This document shows, piece after piece, positions 57,555 through 64,000 of a stretch of 64,000 nucleotides of DNA (within the stretch, counting starts at the first letter, position 1; every line of letters begins with the position of its first letter). A program made the translations under genes and the position numbers. Under the pieces are notes generated by a model. That model ran no database searches. It was given only the letters and a program-made list of their open reading frames with translations, and was not told the origin of the DNA. Source of the DNA: Rhizodiscina lignyota (taxonomy: Eukaryota); NCBI GenBank assembly GCA_010015805.1, contig ML978127.1, forward strand, positions 558,001 through 622,000, given 5' to 3'.

Positions 57555-60500
57555 ATGGTATTTCAACCCTCATCCCTCCCAAAACATGCCCTGTTTTTCA
57601 AGCACATTGGTCGCCTAGTGTTCCATATATACAAAATGAGTCTCGTTAACCATGGCTATCAACAGTCGACGTTCACGGCCCTCAATATCGAGTACGACAA
57701 TGTGTCTGACGAGGAAATCGACGACACGAAGGAAATCCAAATCGAAGACGCGTTGAAGCTCTACCAAATAGCCCTGCGCTACCACTCCGAAGGCCCAAAG
57801 TCATTTGACAAGGCAGCTGACGCGTATCGTGCCCTCTTCGAATCTGAAATCTTCAAGTACCCCGAGTCGCAGTCGGAGCTTCGTCGCCTGGAACTATACG
57901 GCCCTGGGCCAGAGTATGAGGATTTATGGCCAGACGAGTTTGAGGCTGGGCCGGTACAGCTGGTAGCCACTGGAGAGACTGCGCCGAACACATTGCCACA
58001 GATACTGCACCTCTCATACAAGAACCATGGCCAGTTTCTGCTGGACACACTTCAATACAAGATTCAACAGGAGTTACAGAACACGAGTTCCGAAGCTCTG
58101 CGCGAGCAGGCTCGACCTATTGCGAAAGGCGCACTGGATTGGTTCGCTGAAGCACTGGACAAAGATGATGCAGACCTGGACCTGTGGGGCCGCTCGTCGG
58201 GCGTAGCTTCGTTTCTTGGAAGCGAGAGAATAGCGCGATATTGCCTGGAGGCTGTTCTTGATGACGAAGAGGAAGGCGTCAACGGTGTTCTTGCTCTTCC
58301 CGGCATAGAAGAGGGCTTTGCAGTCCACAAGCTGAAGCGAGCAGTCAAACAGTTGCAAGACGACTTGGCCCTTAGACTATCGCCGCTCTCAAGATTACAG
58401 AAAAAGCAGCTCTCCGACGCAATCCTTCGACGTCTCGATCCTCACAAGTCTATGCGCCTTACCTTGCCCGGAGGCGGAGCTGTCTTAACCATTGCACGTC
58501 AAAATGAGCAGGGTGAACGCATTATCCTACGATCAGCGGATAGAAGCTGGCTAGCTGTGGGCGACACAATTCTGCGTCAGTTCCAACAAGAGCAAAATGG
58601 ATATGCTTTTATGCCTGGTGCTGCCATATCGATCGAAGTCCCACCGGGAGACCCGAGTGTCGAAAGCGAGAGCGTAACTATTGAGCCAGAACCAATGGCT
58701 ATAGAATATACGACAGCGGAGACAAAGGGTGTACCTGAAGAAATAGATTCCAAGACTGAGGCGGATGGATCCTCGAAGACCGCGTCAATGACCAAGGACG
58801 CTGGCGCTGTTGCGGATGTGGAGATGACCGAGTCACCAATCCAAACCGACCATACGGAAACAATAAAGGAAGATGCCGCTGCGGCTGCGACGGAAGAACC
58901 GAGCCGAAAGAGGTCATCCGACTCAGCAGGTCTTCCCGAGACGGGCGAAGGTAGACCAGTGCGGAGTAAGAGAATTAGAGCAAGAGAGTCGATTACCGAG
59001 AGTTCGAATGCTCAAGATGTGGCGGGCCAGAATGCTCAACAATACGCGGAAGATAGACTACAGCCATTCACTTATGCCGACCAGATTTTGTTCGAAACGG
59101 TTGATAGTCTGTTCAGCAAGCTCGGCGTGGATGGTCTGGACACTGCAGAGAGTCTCAGAGCAATTGTCAAAGACAACACGCCCCAGTCACCATCTGCAGA
59201 AGCATACGATATGGCTACTGCTATTAAAGATCTTCACGCAATATCGGAATCCTCTGCACCGGAAGTCGTGAATGTACTCATGACCAATGATGTTGTAGAG
59301 CAATTGGGTGGTACTTCCCGCGAAGCCGGTCTGAATGCTTTCTTGGGATATGCAAAATCTGGCAACTCGAAATCTCCAGGAAAACAGCGCTTTCCTATGG
59401 ATGCAGGTCTTGATCAGTGGCTCAAGGGAGTGAACAGTCACTGGACGTCGACTCCAGAAATTGCTCTGCTCTGGATCCAGAGGCTACTTAAACAGCACAC
59501 GAAGGACAATGGATCTCTCACCCCTTCAAGCTATACGGCGCACCAATGGTCAGATGACCTCAAGCGGGTTGTAGTTCAGATGATTGTACATTTAGACGAA
59601 TTTGTCTATGGACAGTGTCTAGATGAGATGCAAGCACTAGACTCTACTGTATTGGACACCAGTGTCGGCGGCGAGAGCTTGTCCCTTTCCAATGAGCAAA
59701 TTGCATTGATCGAGATGGTGCAGAGTCTCTTTGAGCTACACTTGGACATTTACTCCCTCATCAAGCAGCCTGGTAGTGGGGTCGATCTGATTACCCAGAC
59801 TGGTCAAAAAGATAGGCTGGAAAGGTGGTCCTCACTGGCCCATCAAGGCCTGCAGACCCGAGCCACTGTACGCGGAGACGACCCTCTCGACGAGCTCACA
59901 GTGCGACATTTATGGGCTACAGCATACCACCTCGGCGTATGTGATGATGTGGCGCAGGATCATGTCATTCTATGTATGAAGCAACTGAGGCTTTTGCTGC
60001 AATCTGTTGATGGGATAGTTATTGAGCTTCAAAACAACGCCGTCATGCCTGAGTTATCTGTCGCAGCGATTGATCGAGAACTCAGCAGAATCCATATGAA
60101 GGACTTCTTCCTGAGGGTGTTCGACAATGATGATAAAGATCCGGTGAGGACAATCGAGGGCCTCGAGCCGATTCTGGAAGCGCCATTCGATTCCACCGCC
60201 CGAAAGTCACGCCAGCCTTCAATCACAAACGGTGTGAAGTCGCTTGACGCAGAAGGACTCAGTGGACAGTCTCCATCGTCAGAAGCAGCTACTACCTTGC
60301 TTAATTCGGCGCCGTTAATGGAGATGAGCGGGTTTCTCGAAAGCGCAAATGTCTCGCTACGCCTGTCACTTTGGCAACGCTTGCGCGAAGCGTATGAAGC
60401 CATCGACTATCCGCCTAAAGTTGTCTCTTGTTACCTTCGATGTATTGAGCTTCTTACGAATGAGATCAAAAGCGCATCTTATCACAGCGGCTCCAAAGAG

Positions 60501-63500
60501 CAGCGATACTTCATGTTACTTAGCTGGCTGAGGCTCATCGATGAGTTCCTTATCAAGATCCTCGCTCGCACACAAGCCGTCCTCGGATACAACGTCAATC
60601 TGGACTGCATAGACGAGCATCACCTGCAATCGTCTTTGGCTGCTCTGGTAGATTTGTCAAGGCTTCTTCATGCCTTTAACCTGTTCGAAGATACTGTAAG
60701 AGTAGGGTTAGTCACCGGACCCATACTCGAGGCACGACAAAAGTCGTCGTTCCAAGCATTAGCAAGCAGGATCCATGACATGGAGTTGCGACTCTGGATG
60801 CTGCAGTACCAGCTCTTGAAGGAGGGCATGAGCCAAAAGTCGGAAGCGTTCCCAAAAGCGGAAGAAGATCGATTCGAATACCTCCGAGCGGTGCACTACG
60901 CCACTGGAGTCCGGGGTTTCTGCAAGTCGTCAAACAAAGCTTTCCTCCGGCTGCTAAAGGAGGAGTTTCTTCGAATGACTGATGTTGAGGGCCACGAGCT
61001 GGAACTGTCTCAGATTCTGTATGACTTGTATGGTCTGAAGTGTTGTCCTAATGTTGCAGACCTTACCGACCATGGCTCAACTGCGGATGTAGAAGCGCTG
61101 ACCAGAAAGACGGCGATGAAGTTGTTGGATTTCCTCATGACTCAGGCAGCCATGACACCGGCCAAGGATCTACCGAAACTGGAACTGAAGGCTACCATTG
61201 ACAAGGTGCACGGCGCAATTGGACGGGTAAAGCCGGGCGAAGACCTTGCTGCGAATAAGCGCATGTTGAACAGTTACATCAAATCTCCAATTAATCCGTT
61301 GGAGCTTTTCCGATGCTTGGAAGGGGTTGGCTCTCTCACTCCCAAATCGGTCTCTACCGATGACGCTCCGGCGGCGGCGAAGGGCTGGTATTTCTTGATG
61401 GGTGAAATTGCATTCAATAAGTATCTGGCTCAAAAGCAGAAAAACGTGCAAGCGGTGCCGACAGAAGACCTAAACATTGCCATGGCCTTTTACACGCAAG
61501 ACCTGGAGTTCGCAATGGATCGTTGGGAGACTTGGTACCGCCTTGCCCAGGCATACGACCTGCAGCTTGAGGAAGCCGTCTCTTGGAGTGCAGAAAAAAT
61601 TAACAGCAATGCACATGAGATCTCATTCCAGCAGCGGTGCGCCATACATTGCTATACAATGGCCGTTGCATGCTCAATGGACGATGCGGATCCCAGCGAC
61701 GAGACGATGAAGAAGATAGCGAAGGTTTACATTGACTTTGGCACGCGGATCTACTCTTCGTCGAGACAACCATTTTCGATGGCTGCATTTTCGCTCCGCG
61801 AAACTGAAACACGGTTTCTGAGTAAACCGGAACTTGCACAGGAGCCTGTGAGGGGCTATTTGTTCAATCCACTCGACGAGTATACGGCATGGAAGTTTGC
61901 GGCAACGCTATTTAAGCGTGCCATCGCGCGCTGTCCGGACAACTGGTGGTCTTACTATATGCTCGGCAAGTGTCTCTGGAAGATGTACAATGCCGGCGAC
62001 GATGTTCGCAACATGTACCGGTCGGAGAACAAGCCGAATGCTCGTCCTGCGCTTAAAGAGGTCCTTGATGCCTTCACGTCTGCAATTGAAACTTTGCCTC
62101 AGAAGCGAGATTCCCGAAAGGAGCCCATTCTGGAGCCGCATTACAAGCTTGTCTCGATTACCCACAAGCTTGTCAATAAGCGGGTCATCGAGGCTTCCGC
62201 CGGCGCTGACGTTCTTCAAGCGTCGGAATTCCTACGAAAGGTTGACAAGCCGACGGAGTTTGCGGCTTGGGAAGGATACATGTTGCAGGTGCTGAAGGTG
62301 CTCCGCAACACAGACAAATCTGGCTGGCACCACCGTATGACTGCACGAGCTGCGCATGTCATCTATGATGATGCGCCGCAGGACAGACTGGCCGCGATGG
62401 GCGCAAAGCACGAACTCACTCAGCAGATGTTCACCAAGACTATGGCAGTGCAGGTCTGGAAGCCCGAGAACGAGCGACCTGGACGGCATTTCGTGTACAC
62501 GACCCGTTACACGAGGTTTTTCATTAAGCTGCTCCTCGAACTTGATGACAGAGCGAGTATGGAGCTGCTTGCGAAGCGCGTGCGAAGGAAACCTCATGAC
62601 TTTTTCGACCACTTGAAGCTTTGGAACGAACTTTGTGTGTCGTATCTCAAGGTAAGTGTCGCTGCTCTTTGTTACTTCCTAAGGTGGCATCAATTACTAA
62701 TCGTTAAAATTTGTAGCTCTTGCGCCGTTGGGGCTCGATCCCTGAAGGACACGAGGACGCTGTCTTCAAGTCTCTTAATCATGAGGATTTCGTTCAGCGC
62801 TCCATCCGCATCGAGGCTTGGTGCCAGAATCCAGACACCAACTCTAGAGTTCTAGATGTCCTGAGAGACGTCATTGAGCTGAAGCGCGTAAACAACGGGC
62901 TCATGAAAGCAACGCTCATCGATGATCTTGTGGGCGATACGTATGCTGTCATCTACCAGACGATTGGGCCAGAGTTGGACGACATGCCGCTTCCGGCGCA
63001 CCTTCAGCAACAGATGCAGCAGTTGCAACAGCCACAGCAGCGACCAGTGATGAGCGTAGGTGGAGTGATGAACGTTGATGGCGCAGCAGATGCTCAGCAG
63101 CAGTTTCCTCCCTACGTTGCGCAGGACGGGCCGGGCAGGCCACGCACCAAAGGTGTTGGCAGGAGGGAGTTGCAGCGCAGAGCAGAAGCTGCGGTCTCGC
63201 TGCCGATCCGTGTGCCGAGCAATATGGCGCCAGCGAAGCCTACCGGGGCCCAGACGGTTCAAGTTGTCGGGCCTCCACACGCGGCAGCGTCAAGTGCAGC
63301 AGGCCAGGGTGCCATGGGTACGGTTGCGAGCAGCGCTGCAGCGAGTGTGCATGATAGTGCAGACAACGAGAGTGGCAGTGAGCTGAGCGAGTTGCAGGAC
63401 GACGACGAAGTGGGAGACGAGGTGGTGGTTAAGCCGATGTTTCCGAACCTGGGCAGGAGGGAGTCGGTGGCTGATACGGCTAGCGGACGAGCGACGCCAG

Positions 63501-63535
63501 TGGAGGAGAAGAAGGATGACGATAAGGAGGAGTGA
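57555..63535 (+). CDS. HIR3: Histone transcription regulator HIR3 (Cabin1 orthologue), 3 exons
   Basis: M/STFTALNIE...KEIQIEDALKLYQIAL, TPR-like repeats, EPILEPHYKL, KSGWHHRM and VWKPENERPGRHFVY; introns 57558-57665 and 62652-62716. Confidence 0.93.
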
Positions 63536-64000
63536 TGATCGGCTTTAGCCGGTTACTGTTCCGGTTTGTTTCATGGCATTGCGAAGTGTTCTGGGTCCAG
63601 TGCGGAGTGACGATGGCACGAGATTCATGACGACTTGTACTTTGTAAGATACGATAAGGCGTGGACTGTGCAAGGCAAAATGGCGAGCTTCAGTGTGGTG
63701 TGGAGCATTAATGATGTATCGTACTAGCACAGCCAAGCGAATGGATGATAATGAGCATCGCCGGTACGCTTTGCATCATGCCGCCTCCTTGCGCGGCAGG
63801 GCCCCCTAGCGTGACCCGCACCTGCCCGTTTACGTTTAGACCACCCGGCGCGGCAGCGATGATTGGCTGCGTACCTGACGATCCGTTCCATATGATAAGC
63901 GCGGAGAGTGTTTCATGCTGGCCACCATGGATTAGGGGATTCCAGTGGCGCTCGTCCACCACCTCTGCTCTGCCGAACCGCTGTCTTTCCTTACCGCCTA

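Noticed and set aside
63708..64000. Minus-strand ORF at the window edge
   Set aside because: Too short and truncated to tell a gene 3' end from non-coding sequence.
1..64000. tRNA, rRNA, CRISPR arrays, transposase or retroelement ORFs
   Set aside because: None recognised by eye. The DNA is eukaryotic and has no regularly spaced repeat-spacer structure; a covariance-model scan was not possible.

Overview
Eukaryotic, intron-rich genomic DNA from a filamentous ascomycete (Pezizomycotina; short GT-AG introns with CTAAC/CTGAC branch points). The left ~16 kb is accessory-like. It holds an FMO-like monooxygenase, an SDR, several orphan or hypothetical genes, a probable RIP-inactivated pseudogene and four copies of an unassigned ~235-bp MITE-like element (CA...TG ends, shared TIR core GGGTGACAAAATAGTTGAG). 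A fifth, truncated copy sits in the RER1/eIF4G divergent promoter. Two copies in inverted orientation bracket a head-to-head pair of orphan genes, and one copy supplies the C-terminus and stop codon of the FMO gene. The centre (20.6-40.0 kb) is a complete six-gene N-acetylglucosamine catabolic/sensing cluster: NAG1/DAM1 deaminase, NGT1-type DUF895 transporter, HXK3 kinase, RON1/XprG-type Ndt80 factor, NGS1/NAG3 GH3-GNAT and DAC1 deacetylase. The remainder is housekeeping: a CENP-P-like gene, an oxidoreductase-like protein, DPM3, complex I NUXM, BTA1, RER1, eIF4G, a ChAPs exomer subunit and HIR3. All gene models and family calls were made by eye; no database searches were run.
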